Source: Mobula hypostoma
Lineage: Eukaryota
Length of the DNA stretch: 64,000 nucleotides
Assembly: GCF_963921235.1 (NCBI RefSeq)
Contig: NC_086097.1
Location: 48,548,001-48,612,000 of the forward strand
Direction: 5' to 3'
The translations under genes were made by a program, and so were the position numbers. Below are positions 25,383-38,559 of the stretch, piece by piece; the stretch's first letter is position 1, and every line of letters starts with the position of its first letter. The notes below the pieces were generated by a model, which saw nothing but the letters and a program-made list of their open reading frames with translations, was not told the origin of the DNA and did not search any database.

Positions 25383-26454
25383 CGTGACTGGTAATCAAAG
25401 GGAGGACAAAGAGAATGCTGATCAACGGATTCACATAAATACATAAATAGTTAAATACTGAAATAGTTAAATGGAAACACTGTCACTTGCAAGTTTCACT
25501 TCATGTCATGCACCATTTTAACTTGGAAATACATTATTGTTCCTTCATTGGTATGGAGAGGTTGGCTGGAGTTTGTGCTATTGGAACAGTTTAGACAGTA
25601 ATTTAAAAATGAATTACAGTCTGCGAAAATCTGACCCATCTGGGCCTAGGATTGGATTTAGGCAGCAATAATGAGCTGAAATGAATGGAGGACAAAGAAT
25701 CTCTTAAAATAATTGTGTTTAAACGTTAGGCTGAGCTGGGATTAAAGGAAGGTTGAGATTACTGGGATCTTGTAGTCAAGTAGAATAATGGTGAGGATAG
25801 AAACTTGGAAACTCAGTCCATATTCCGGGAAGGAAAACCAAGGAGAATGGGTGTCGTTCCCTGTTAACATTATATGCCTATTGTTATGCCGTAATCACCC
25901 ACTTGTGTAATAACTCATTGCATTGAAAGTTAATGGAACTCAGAGTTTAATGATTAATTGCTTACAGAAGGCCAGCTTGTAGCCTTTCCTTCAACTTCCA
26001 TCCGATGCGTCAGCTATAGATTACAATTTACAGGAAGGAACCTGCTTGAGTATCACCAAAAATGCCCTGTTCCTCTAATTGTCACCCCACGTAGTTCACC
26101 TGCAACTTTACAGTCTGGCTCCTGTCTTTGTCATTTCAGTGTTGGGGTGACCCACTCTTGCTCGAAACACACATCTGCTTCAGTTACTTAGTGCACCACA
26201 GACCAATGAAGTAATGCTACTTTTGATATTTATTTTAGTTCATGGCAATGAGATTCATCTGTCACAGATAAAGAGCTGACTCACCTCCAGCACCTATAAG
26301 TGACCAAAGTGAGTTAGATTATTGCAATTAAACTGTCGTCTGTTGTGACCAATGACGTTAAAATAAATCTGAATAGTATGACAAGGCAGAGAGTGCAAAG
26401 AGAATGTACAATTTTATGTTTCAACTTATTTTCCTACAACTCTCTGTCTTCTAA

Positions 26455-26720
26455 TTTTGGCTTCTTTTTGATTATACCTGAAATTAATCACTGCACCACT
26501 GGAGGAGCTGTCTTAAGATGCCAAGGCCCTAAGACCTAAAATCCCTCCCTTCAACCTTCTGGTTTTCCTAGCTCTCCTGTAAGGCAGTATTTGAAAGATT
26601 TCTCTCATTAATTAATATCTTTATCTAATCAGCTGCAATATCTCCCTCGCTAAAGTTTTACTTGATTATGCTTCTGTGAAGCACCTTGCTACATTAACAA
26701 CTTTGCATAAATACAGATGA
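26455..26720 (+). mobile_element. Old L2 LINE 3' end
   Basis: caccactgg..gccaaggccctaag..atccctccct..ttctgtgaagcacctt..tacattaa..ataaatac follows the recalled shark L2 3' end. Confidence 0.6.
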
Positions 26721-28859
26721 TATTCTTGTTTCATAGGATGGTGAAAGAAAAACTATGGCCTCTGATAAAACAAAGCCCTCACGGAAACAACCTAACAAAA
26801 GCATTTGGCAAAACAAGTGTAGAACTTGAAGTAACAATGTCTGAGGAAATTGCTGAAAATATTGTCATCTTTTAAATAATTGTAACATTAGTTGTGGAAG
26901 GGGAAACAGAGAAATGCTATTGTATTTCCATTGGCAGCTTTTCTGATCACATTGTGTATAATCCTATAAACTGACCTTCACACAGAGGAAACGCCCGACA
27001 AGATGATTCTATTAATAGTTTTATTTTCTTGACTTCTAAGCAATAAATAGTGGGAAATTTGATTATCAGGATCAGGCATCTTGACTATATAAAACTAATG
27101 CATTCTAATGATACAATTTATTGTTTAAAATGGGAAGGGAGAGAAAGGTGTTGGGATTCACCAAGTGATTAAAATAAGTTCATAAGCAATGCTATAAAAG
27201 GATAATAAAATCTAAATCTCATTTGTTCCACTTCAGTTTCTTCATATGCATAAAACTCCATAAAACAGCATCTGTGTCCAAATAATGAGCTGAAAAGACA
27301 CTGCACAGTTGCTAATTCGATTTACATTCTTAAGCTCATTGTACCATATACTTCCATTCACTAGATATCTGGGCCAATATAATTCTTCAGAAATAAAAGG
27401 GAATTAAAAATTGGAGCTATTTAGTTACCATAATGAGATTGGCAGCAGATTGACAGTACACAGAGGTGTCAAGTTTGCTCTGATAGTCAGTCATCTTTTA
27501 CCTGGATTGTTGCTGTCTTTCCAATTTATTACAATTCTCTGCAATAAAATCTTACTTAGCCCTGTTGCCGATAAAAGTCCAATCAGTTTCTCTGAGATGA
27601 CTTCTAACTCATACAATTTTTGACAAGACAGAGAGAAAACATCGAGATGACTCTTACAGAATAAACTACTTATAGTAAGAAGAAAGGACAGCCATAGCAA
27701 AATGTTAGGGGTCATTAATTCTGGCATCATTTTCACAAGAGAGCAAGGAGTATTCTGGGAGTGGAATCATTAGCGTTTTGTCTGCAACTTCTTTTCAACA
27801 AAGGTAATCTATATCAGGAGGCAGCAAGTGAAAAACAACCTTGTACAAATGTTTTAAACTCACATTGTACAGTGTGGTTACGTCCTGCAATTGCTTAAAT
27901 ATACTGCTGTTTTTGTTCAATATTGTGATTTTTTTGTGTTTTACAGCACTAAAATATAGATTGTGTGTCATGCATGAAAGATACGGACTGAAATATGGAC
28001 TGTGAAGTGGACATTCTGTGATCCTGTTAGAGAAGAATTGTGTGGTGTGCCTACATTGTAACAATATAATAATGACTGGAACACAGTCTGTTGCAGAACC
28101 TTGAAACTTTAACATGTAGATAGTATTCAGTTGATTTATTTTGTTTTGTGCATATATAACATGCTTCATGTAATTATATAGCATTCCAGGTATTTAAATA
28201 TCAGATCAGCTTAATGGGCCTTTAGATATCAGAGTGATTCAGGAGCTATCTAAAAACAAGAGTAATGGAAACACAGCTGATCAAGCAACATTTCTTGGGA
28301 GAGATAAAAATTAATGTTTCAGTTTGATGACTTTCCATTCAAACCAAACAGGAGGTTGTGGAAATAAAGACTTGTCACTGGAAGGATTGCAGCGTTTCCA
28401 CAGCATGACTTACAACCTCTTTCTCAAGGACATTTAGGAATAGGCAATACATGTTGGTTTTTCTGGTGGTGACCAGACCTCATGCATTAAATTCAAAGAA
28501 ATTGGGTGGAAATGTGGACAATTGAATATCTAAATTGTCCATTTACTGTCTATTTCATAGGATATCATCGTATATTTACATAGTCTTTCTGTCTGAGCTA
28601 ATGCGTGTTTGAATACTAAGCCTGCACAAAGCTCATGATGCCTGCCATCCTGTACACTTTGGAGATATAAATTACCTACAGCAGGCTCTTCATAGCACTG
28701 GAGAGATATCATTAATACTGCATCCATAAAATCCTTCCAAGTCCATTGGCAAGATAAGCAAACCAACATTGAAGTCCACTGTCAGTTCAACATCCTCAAC
28801 ACTGAGGTGATAATTACACTCATTTGGCCTTGTTGGACATGTATGATATGTAACAGTTT

Positions 28860-29170
28860 CTTACCCAAGCCTTCAGACTCCTCAATACCCAGAGCCTGGA
28901 CTGACACCAACCTACTGCCCTCTACTGTGCCGATTGTCTTGTTTATTAATTATTGTAATGCCTGCACTGTTTTGTGCACTTTATGCAGTCCTGGGTAGGT
29001 CTGTAGTCTAGTGTAGTTTTTGTGTTTTTTTACGTAGTTCAGCGTAGTTTTTGTACTGTTTCATGTAGCACCATGGTCCTGAAAAATGTTGTCTCATTTT
29101 TAGTGTGTACTGTACCAGCAGTTATGGTCGAAATGACAATAAAAAGTGACTTGACTTAACTTGACTTGAG
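28860..29170 (+). mobile_element. Rex1/Babar-type LINE 3' UTR with (GACTT)n tail
   Basis: aacagtttcttaccc..cagactcctcaa; gaaatgacaataaaaagtgacttgacttaacttgacttga. Confidence 0.75.
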
Positions 29171-30142
29171 GTCACATCATTCACATGTCCACATAAGACT
29201 CCCAAAACAGGAGCTCTAATCTGAACTATGTCACAGCAGGGTATTATGAGAGGAAAGAAAGAAGAGTCAGTGACGTTCTGAAAGCTTTCTTACAAGTTTT
29301 GGAGAATCTTTGGCCCATGGTCACTGAAAGTGGGGAAGGAGCATTCTGGATAGTATGAGAAGATCAAGTCTATTCAGCAGGAGCATGCAAAAGACCAGCG
29401 GAGATAACAGGAAAAGCACACCATCTTGTGGTAGAACCTGCATGTTCTTCACTAGCCTGATTGGTCACGTCAGAACCAGGCCGGAAACAAGTTATCTTCA
29501 ATCCTGAGGGATGACCCAAGAAGATGTTCGAATGCCTTTGGCAGCAAAACAAAATGCAGCAGCCAAGGGGGTGATGAGAGATCAGCTGAGTGAGTGAGAA
29601 AGAGAGAGTAAACAGGTATTGATAGTGGCGAGGCAGGGGCAACAAAGCGGCAGAAATGCAGGACAATGCATGCCAGGAAGGAGAAAAGAGGGTGAACGCA
29701 ATGGAAACATGAAGGACAAATCAAGATTGACAGATTAGGTGACAGCTAATTCTGACCTGAAGAACTCAAAGATTTTAGGAAAAATTAGTTAGGGAGATAA
29801 GACTGAGTCATACTGTAGATCCTTATCCAATTGTAAAAGCCATCATAGGTTAAAAACATTTCTGCCACAAGGCTAAAGCTGTGGTAATTGCTTGGTGTTG
29901 AATGGGTAGTATAAGATTACTGTGTTGGTGAAATCACCAATTCACTTTGCGCTTTTCCATTTTTCAAATATCAGTAAAGATAAATCAGAGGTTTATCAGA
30001 GGTTTATTTAAAAACAATGGTCTTTGGGGGCATGATTACACTGGGCCAGCTGTAGCTTGAAATGAAATGGGGAGAACAATGGAAGTGTCATAGATTGCAA
30101 TCTGCAATTAACATTCATTTCTATAGCACTGTTACTATAATT

Positions 30143-30515
30143 TGAATTGAATTGACTTTATTTCTTACATCCTTCACATACATGAGGAGAAAAAATCTTC
30201 ATGTTACATCTCCGTCTAAATGTGCAATGTGCAATCATAGTAATTTATAATAAATAGAAGTGACAATGTAATATAGAAATACATTTAAATCAGTGTGAGT
30301 TAATCAGTCTGACGGCCTGGTGGAAGAAGTTGTCCCGGAGCCTGTTGGTCCTGGCTTTTATGCTGTGGTACCATTTCCCGGATGGTAGCAGCTGGAATAG
30401 ATTGTGGTCGGGATGACTACAATTGCACATTGCACATTTGAACTGAGACTTAACATAAAGATTTTTACTCCTCATATATTTGAAGGATGTAAGTAATAAA
30501 GCCAATTCAAATTCA
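30143..30515. mobile_element. Two Rex1-type 3' ends fused head-to-head
   Basis: Minus-strand copy at 30143-30418 (HPDHNLFQLLPSGK...NRLRDNFF). An inverted copy of its terminal ~93 bp lies at 30422-30515. Confidence 0.85.
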
Positions 30516-30612
30516 GAGCAATACACGCAAAATGCTGGAGGAACTCAGCAGGTCAGGCAGCATCCGTGGAGAGGAATAAATAGCAGACGTTTCAAGCTGT
30601 GACCCTTCATCA
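30514..30612 (-). mobile_element. Penelope-type short element truncated within its hammerhead core
   Basis: aaaatgctggaggaactcagcaggtcaggcagcatc; the minus strand reads TGATGA-AGGGTCACAGCTT-GAAAC-GTC. Confidence 0.75.
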
Positions 30613-30689
30613 TTGATCTTGGACATACTTGGTGTTATGCAGTAAAGTGCCTCAGTTAGACCAAAGGAATAAATTGTATTTAATCTGAT

Positions 30690-31465
30690 CATAGTTTAAC
30701 ATGGTAAGGAAGGCTAATGCGATATTTGCATTCATTTCGAGAGGACTAGAATATAAAAGCAGGAATGTAATGCTGAGGCTTTATACGACATTGGTCAGAC
30801 CACACTTGGAAGATTGTGAACGCGAGGATATCTGCAGATGCTGGAATTTCAAGCAACACACATAAAAGTTGCTGGTGAACGCAGCAGGTCAGGCAGCATC
30901 TCTAGGAAGAGGAATATTGTGAGCAGTTTTTGGCTCCTTATCCAAGAACGAATATGCTGGCTTTGGAGAGGGTCCATAGAAGATTCACGAGAATGATCCC
31001 AGGATTGAAAGAGTTAATGTATGTGTTTTGTTTAATGACTCTTAAGCTTCTATTTGCTAGAATTTAGAAGAATGAGGGGGATTTCATTGAAACCTTTCGA
31101 ACATTGAAAGGCCTAGATGGAGTGAATGTGGAGAGGTTGTCTATTCTAGTGGGGGAGTCTAGGCCCAGAGGGCACAGCCTCAGAATAGAAGGACGTTCCT
31201 TTAGAACAGAGAAGAGGAGGAATTTCTTTAGCCTGAGGGTAGTAAATCTGTGGAGTTCATTGCCACAGATGACTGTGGAGGCCAAGTCATTTGGTACACT
31301 TAAAGTGGAGGTTGACAGATTCTTGATTAGTCAAGGCATCAAAGGTTACAAGAAGAAGGCAGGAGAATAGTGTTGGGAGGGATAATAAATCAGCTGTGAT
31401 GGAATGGCAGAGCAGACTTGATAGGGCCAAATGGCCTAATTCTGCTCCTATAGTCTTCTGGTCTT
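30690..31465 (+). mobile_element. CR1 3' fragment
   Basis: ORF 31104-31370 GESRPRGHSLRIEGRSFRTEKRRNFFSLRVVNLW; CR1 3' UTR. Confidence 0.88.
30820..30910 (-). mobile_element. 91-bp Penelope-type insertion in CR1
   Basis: Same subfamily as 45410-45531 (gttgctggtgaacgcagcagg). 12-bp TSD ggaagattgtga (30808-30819) / ggaatattgtga (30911-30922). Confidence 0.85.
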
Positions 31466-31620
31466 AATAAACTAAAAATTACACATCATCTTTGACATTT
31501 GTATGTTTAGAGAAGCTTTTGTATTTTAATGTCCCATTTACGCATGCAAATTAAACCTTGTCCTGCACTTCCAGTATTGTTGACGAACACTCACTGAATG
31601 GCATTTTTAATTTGAGCAAA

Positions 31621-31680
31621 ATAATTGATTAGCATATGGAAATTAGTAAGATAATTGATTAGCATATGGAAATTAATAAA
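31621..31680. repeat. 30-bp tandem duplication
   Basis: ataattgattagcatatggaaatta is identical at 31621 and 31651. Confidence 0.9.
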
Positions 31681-32538
31681 ATTAAAACAGCTCCCATGAG
31701 AGATGTGCTGTCTGCAGATTGTAGAGCATGTAAAGGAACTCGAATAAAGCTGAAAAGATAATTGAAATGATAAAGAAATGAAAATATAAAGACTGAAAAA
31801 AGACAAACTTTGGTGCAGTGATGTATTGGAAGCAGAGGTGGTGGAAGTAGATATGATAGTAACAATTAACAGGCATTTAAGGCAGGCATCTGGACAGGCA
31901 GGTAATGGAGGCATATAGCCCATGTACAGGCAGATGCAATTAGCATCAAGGTCAGCAGATGCACTATGGGCCAAAGGGTCTGATCCTATTTTGAACTGTT
32001 CTATGTACAAGTGCAATTTTAATGCATTACCATATCAATAAGGAAAAAGGTATGCATGTTACAATTTACTGAGGAAAGACGGGCAGTGACTGATTAATTC
32101 TTTCCTGCTTAAGCATTTTACAAAGGTCATTTTGGAAACCACAGACAATCCATTTGTAGATTTAAAACCATCGGTTTTGATGTTGGATCGTTCAAATACA
32201 AACTGAAACACTGGTGGAAACTGATAAAACCTGAGTCAGAAAGGATGATCTTGGAACATGAGATCAGGCTGAGTCATGCAGTGAGTTGGTAAAGATGTTG
32301 ATGTTTTGGGTCAGGAGGCAAAGGTGTGATGGGAAAATTATGCACTGAAATTTAGAAAAAAATTAACAAGTTAAATTGCAGTATTATAGTTGAACGCAAG
32401 GTAGATGGATTATCATCTTGTGGGAGTGAAAAGGAAAGACCAGGGTTTGATTGACGAAAGAGGATAGAGAGGGAAATAACTAATTCTCAGCTGTAACGTG
32501 GTTCTGCACTGATTACGAACCATGCGGAGAAAAAATTG

Positions 32539-32843
32539 TGTGACAAGAGACCTTGACGAGAATGGTTAGGACCCAAGTGCTGCAGTATTGAGACACGATA
32601 CGAGACTGAAACTAGAACTGAGCACAAAAGAAGATGCTAGATGATAATCCAAGTGAGTTTACGATTGAGCACTGAACCTCCATTAAGGTGCTCCTTAAAT
32701 ACTGAAAGCCTGGTGCCAAAATATGGTTACCAATTAGCAGGACGGTCATGAATCCTTGGAGGGGTCATACCAGCTATCCATACACCAGAGAGTTCGAGTG
32801 TCGGAATTCTGGAAGCTGGCCTGGTTGGGTGTGTACCGTAACA
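32539..32843 (-). mobile_element. Short solo LTR, 305 bp
   Basis: TGTGACA...CGTAACA termini; GGACCCAAGTGC motif; 5-bp TSD aattg/acttg (1 mismatch). Confidence 0.65.
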
Positions 32844-33139
32844 ACTTGAAAGTACACCTCAGTGTAGACTGTGGATATTTGAAACAACATCTTTACACAA
32901 TGTTCTTTTATAATTTAATTGCTTATGATTTAGATGGGTATATATGCTAGAAAAATATATTGAAACTCATATTGAAATTTATAATTATTAAAATATATTG
33001 AAATTTACTCAGTCTTAGGATAATTTAACCTTTCAAGTAAACTGGAAGAAGTGCATTTTAAAAATAAATGGCTATATTTCATTAATCTTTAGAAGCCTTT
33101 AAAAGAAAATATTTACTTTTACTCTATGATGTTCATATA

Positions 33140-33475
33140 ACTTAAAGTTCAAATTTTGAAGTACATTTATTATGTCACCATGTACTATCTTGAGACTTAT
33201 TTTCTTGTGGCCATACACAGTAGAACAAAGAAATACAATAGAATCAATTAAAAAAACTACACACAAAGATGAACAACCAAGCAATGTGATAAAAAAAACA
33301 AACTGCAACTCAAAAATCAAACAAACTAATAAGTAAATAATTTTGGGAACATGGGTTGCAGAGTCCTTGAAAGTGAATTTATAGGTTGTGGAATAGCTCA
33401 GAGTTGAGGTGAGTGAAGTTATCCACACTGGTTTGGAATCCTGATGGTTGAAGGGTAATAACTCTTCCTGAAACA
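33140..33475 (-). mobile_element. Rex1/Babar-type LINE 3' end
   Basis: gagtccttgaaagtga...gtgaagttatcc...ctgatggttgaagggtaataact is shared with 19610-19740. Confidence 0.75.
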
Positions 33476-35774
33476 GTTAACTGGAAGTTCCAGCCATGTT
33501 AAGACACCCATAAACACTAAGCTTTATGTTGAGCATTAGCGAAGAGTGAAATAACCAGGTAGCTATTTGAATAATTGAGGAATGCAATGATGAAAGGATG
33601 ATCTTCGGCAATGAACATAAGGGCACAATTGCCATGGAAACTTTTGCTATGATGGACAATGTTATTATTATTCAACAGTTGCTCTGTGAACTTGTAAGTA
33701 ATTACTAAAACATGAGGACAAATATTACTTCAATAAACGTTAAGGGAAAATATACTAAAATCAATATTGCGTGCATTTCTATCAATTTCTTTTCTCACAA
33801 TACCATGGGCAGAAAGAGTAAGTGATGGAAATGCATGAATGTTGACTGTTGGTAATTAGGTATGTGATCTCAGAGACTGAGAAGTGTGTCTTTGTTCATT
33901 ATGTGTGTGTGTGTATTGGGTCAGAGGACTGGTGAGGTGGAACAGTGCAGGGAGACTTTCTCCCTTGGGTAAGTTTTGATGTTCACATACAGATTTTTAT
34001 AAAGTAAAATTGAGCAGGGGTTTAAGGAATTCCTCAGAAGGCTTTTGAAATCTGGCTACTTTGAAAGAAATCTTTAACTGAATTCTTAGGAGAGGCTTAC
34101 CTTTATGTTAGAAACTTCCATTATCTTTTAAGAGCCTGTATAACATGTGCAATATGTAACTCAGACTACATTAAAATCTTATATTATTATGTGAATCACT
34201 ATAGTGCAGCTGTCATGAATGCAAAATGGAAACATTAAATGCAGTGACATTTTATAATGGATAAATAGTATGTTTTGCAAAGCCAGTCTTGACTTGTCAC
34301 CACATCTTCCTTTGGTGCCTGTACACTTAGTAAACAGAATGTAAACATTTAACAATAAGAACAATCTTAATAATTCCTAATATAAGGTTCAGCTGATTAT
34401 TTTTAAGACCAACTAAGTAGAGGTTTTAAGAAGAGTCTACTTGCCTTAGGAGGATCCTTGCTTTGAAGGCAGTCTGTTGTTTTACAGAGAAATACAAATT
34501 AGTAATGTACTATGAATATATTTACCATTGTGGACTTTCAAACAATGAAATTATATTGAAAAAAGTAAGGATGTTATTAGTGTTTGGGCTGGTAGATATC
34601 AGTTAATCAATTATCATCTCATTATTCTGGCTGCATCAAGTTGAATGCAATCACTGTGTAGACATTGCATCAAAAATCAATCTTTTGTTATTTCTTTGAA
34701 ACCAAGTATAGTATTGTAGATCTTCTATTGAACAAGCTGTAGCATCAGTTGGCCCATTCAGTACAGTGATTGCCTGCCATTTCTTGCTGGATGAACACTT
34801 TCTGCAGTCAAAAGCAGACCTCTCTATATGAAGCTGCACTCCATCTGTCAGGAGCAATTTGTCTCATTTATCTTTCAGATCATATTAGGGTGTAATAAAT
34901 GTGCCAATTAATGCTGTAAACATTGATTTAGTTGAAAATTGATAAAAATGAGGCAGCTATATTCATATGTCACAAAAATTTTAGCATATGTATACTGACT
35001 GATTTGCCTCATTGACTTCAATTACTAGTGCCCCAGATTGGTTAAAAATTCTGCAAAGTGTTATATCGGAACCTGGTGGCATTATAATGGCTATATGTTG
35101 AAATGGAGGTCATTTTTATCTCTGTAAATTCAGAACTGGGTTTTCATAAGGCAACTGATAAATCTCAGAATGTTAGGTTATTCATAATAAAAAAAATTGC
35201 ATTCTCTCTCAATTCCTTTTTTCTTCAGCCTCATTCCAAATGATCAGACTTGGTCTGAGAGGACAGACAAATGACCATAAACATCTCCCCAGTGTCAGTT
35301 TATACTCCTTGGGAGTCTCCTGGTAAAGAGGCAAACATCTGTTAACTTAATTCCTTTCCAGTCCATCGGGCACCTTGCTTTGGTTGATGTTACAGTTAAT
35401 GGCATAGCTGAGGTCAGTGCAGATCTGTAGAGGCCCAAGTAATAGGATGTATATGAAAGACATGATTACTGCAAAGTAAGTTATAACTTACCATGGAGTG
35501 AGGTGTGAATTGACAGGCAAACATTAAAACCACTCTACTTGCCAATTAAATAGATAAGGCACTCATGGCACAGTAACAATAATAATGGTAAATGGATATT
35601 GCCATTCTGAAGTAACTTGGGCAATCCCCTGTTACTCAAGCTAGTTCTAATTGTTAGAATGCCAAGGAATGGAAATGTGATAATCAGACTTCCTGGTTCT
35701 GGGCTTCAGTTGTTGCATTGGTGGACTGAGTGAATGTAAGAAAACTATTTATATGCTTGTTTGCACATTACTTT

Positions 35775-36325
35775 AGATTCAGGGTTGTGTAGTGCAGATA
35801 CAGGACCTTTGGCCCATCAAATCCATTTTGGTATTTTTCAATCTTTTATATTAATTCCATTTGCCCTTTTGTTTGGGACTGCAATCTTCTATGTCTTGCA
35901 AATTGTGATTGTCTCTGATTCCACCAAATCCTCCAGCAGTGCATCTAGATTCAACCACTCTGGGCAGTAAAAAAGTTACCCTCCAGCCTCCCTTTTGAAT
36001 TCCTCCCTTTTACCTTAAACCCATGATCTCTTGGTTTTGATGCCCCTGCCATGGGAAAAGGATTTGGTTATCTATGACTGTCATGCTTGAAATACACTTC
36101 TATCTAGTCACTCCTCAACGTCCTTTGCTTTGAAGCAAATAAACCCAACCTATCCAACCCCTTGCCATAAACAAAGGCTTTTAATCCAGGTAACATCTCC
36201 TCTGCACTCTCACCCACACAATCATATCCTTCTTACTGTGTGACAGCCAGAAAAGGAAATATACCAAGTATAGCCAAATCAAAGGCTTTCATAATGCACT
36301 GAGAATTGCAACATAACATCCCATC
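35775..36325 (-). mobile_element. Old CR1 3' fragment
   Basis: acaggacctttggccca..accactctggg..taccttaaacc..gccatgggaaaag; colinear with 9786-10136. Confidence 0.6.
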
Positions 36326-36335
36326 ATGTATTTTC

Positions 36336-38540
36336 TGCGTTATATTCATGTATATTTTGACCCTTATGGCTTGCTGTCAAGCTTCCCAGTGTTCGATGGA
36401 CTGAGGGCATTCTGGGTCGAGGAATTCCAAGCAAAATCACAGCTGCATGTTTGCCTCTCACCTCTCCGTCTCTCGCATCTGTTATTCATGGCCGCCTGGC
36501 TTCTCAGTACCACAAACATCATAACTGGCGATGAGGTGGTAAGTCCTCGCGTGATATTTATTGTTTTGTTCCCTTCAGCAAGAAAGTTCCGTATGCAACG
36601 CTGGCAGTGTACCATTGTGTAATGTGGGTAAATGAAAAGATGCCGCATGCCATGAGAAAATGGCTGCAGGAAGCATGGTGAGTGAAGAATCCAAGAGGAG
36701 AGAACGAGAACTAAATGGTTAAATAAAACAAGTAAGAGAGTGGGTGTGAGAGAGAGAAATAAAACTAGGTAACTTTTATGGTGGCAAGGTTTGGAAGTAT
36801 GAAACCGTATGATGAAATGACAGGGCAATCGAGTTATCTACTGAAAGATTTCAATACTTTGCATTGGCAAATCAAATTTCAGATGATATTCATGTTCCAA
36901 CTATTCTGACTGTGATGGATGCAAAAACATTTAATTTATTACACACTTTAGTGCAAACCGCTAAGCCTAGTGATAAGGCTTATGAGGTCAGAGTTAAAGT
37001 CTTAATAGACCACCCTTCACCTAAACCTTTGATTATTGCTGAGAGGCTTAAATTTCATAAAAGGAATGAAGAGGAAGGCAAGTCTATTTCATAGTCTGTG
37101 GCAGTGCTGAAGCAATTGTCTGAACAATGAGGGTTTGGGCAGTCGTTGAATGACACGTTACATGATAGACCTGAATGTAGTCTGCATACCGAAGCATTTC
37201 AGAAATGTTTGTCTACAGAAGACTGACTGAAATTGCATTAGACAACTGAGATTAATACATTTATGGTGATGGCAGCTAAAAAAGCACAGTTATTAAGTGC
37301 ATCTCCCCAAGTTGATAACGTTTTACTGACTTTAAGAATAAGACACCTATCAATGTTACCATTGTGACAAAAGAGGACATATTGAACACATCTGTAGAAG
37401 TAAAAAGACATGGTCAACAAAAACACTGTAATAAATAAAAATGATTTTTGTAAAAACAAGAAGTAACGTGTGAACAAAGTAGCTACCTGTGACAGTGATG
37501 GCACACAGTGGGAACTAGTAACCACAGCATCTGGAGAAGGCATATTGACCAGTTGTTGCCCACTTCTGAGGCTACTGAAAGCCAGCACAAACTGACCAAT
37601 CCAGATCCAGTTGTAGAAATAGGACAAGGTTCTTAGACAACTTCAGAACCTCTATTAAGATCTAATGACACAGCCAGTACTTTTCCATCATCTGTACTTT
37701 CTGAGGTGGCCCCGACAGAGAATGCAGTACCCAAACCAAGATCTATACATACACCACCAAGAGATAAAATAACCTTGGCATCAATCCCAGGCCAGGGTAC
37801 CCTAGATTTAATATCATCAGCATATGTCATGAAATTTGTTATCTTTACAGCAGCAGTACAATGAAATACATGATAAGTAAACATAGAGAAAAAGCTGAGT
37901 TAAATTAAGTTTGTATACATCTATTAAATAGTTGAGCTAAAATAAGGAGTACAAAAGCAACAGGAATAAAAAAAGTAGTGAGGTAGTGTTCATGGGTTGT
38001 GTCCATTTAGAAATCGGATGGCAGAGGGGAAGAAGCTGTTTCTGAATTGCTGAGTGTGCCTTCAGGCTTCTGTACCTCCTTCCTGATGGTAACAGTGTGA
38101 AGAGGCTATGTCCTGGTGATGGGGATGCTTAATGGTGGACATCGCCTTCCTAAGGCACCGCTCCTTGAAGATGTCATAGATGCTATAGAGGCTAGTACCC
38201 AAGATGGAGCTGACAGACAACCTCGGGACAGACTGAATCTCTAGTTTAGTGTCTAACCCTCAGCACATGTGATAAAATAATTCCCAGGGTTTTGAATGGG
38301 ATAGAGGCCATCTACCCTCTTTTCCCAGTTTAGAAAAAATGCTTTTTTTTGTTGGTGTTTGTATTTGATAATTACTCCATTGAATGTTAATAGTTCAGTG
38401 CCGGACTGTGTATGGAAAGGGAGAGAAACCTTTAAAATAAGGGGGGAGGAGGGAGGGAGGGATATGTTATGTATATTCATGTATACTTTGACTCTTATAG
38501 GTTGCTGTCAAGCCTCCCCATGTGTTATGTTATGTACTGA
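36336..38540 (+). mobile_element. Internally deleted Gypsy LTR retrotransposon (Mag/K02A2.6-like gag)
   Basis: 5' LTR at about 36336-36525 and 3' LTR start at 38465 share tatattcatgtata.tttgac.cttat...ttgctgtcaagc. PBS TGGCGATGAGGTGG at 36526-36539. Gag remnant ERFQYF..AN...PKPLIIAERLKFHKRN at 36780-37230. Pol end DRLNL* near 38230. PPT aggggggagga at about 38440. Confidence 0.85.
37805..38213 (-). mobile_element. Rex1/Babar-type LINE 3' fragment nested in the Gypsy element
   Basis: atatgtcatgaaatttgtt..gcagcagtaca 3' UTR and the shared ORF2 C-terminal block. Confidence 0.8.
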
Positions 38541-38559
38541 ACAGCTGTGTCTGTACATA

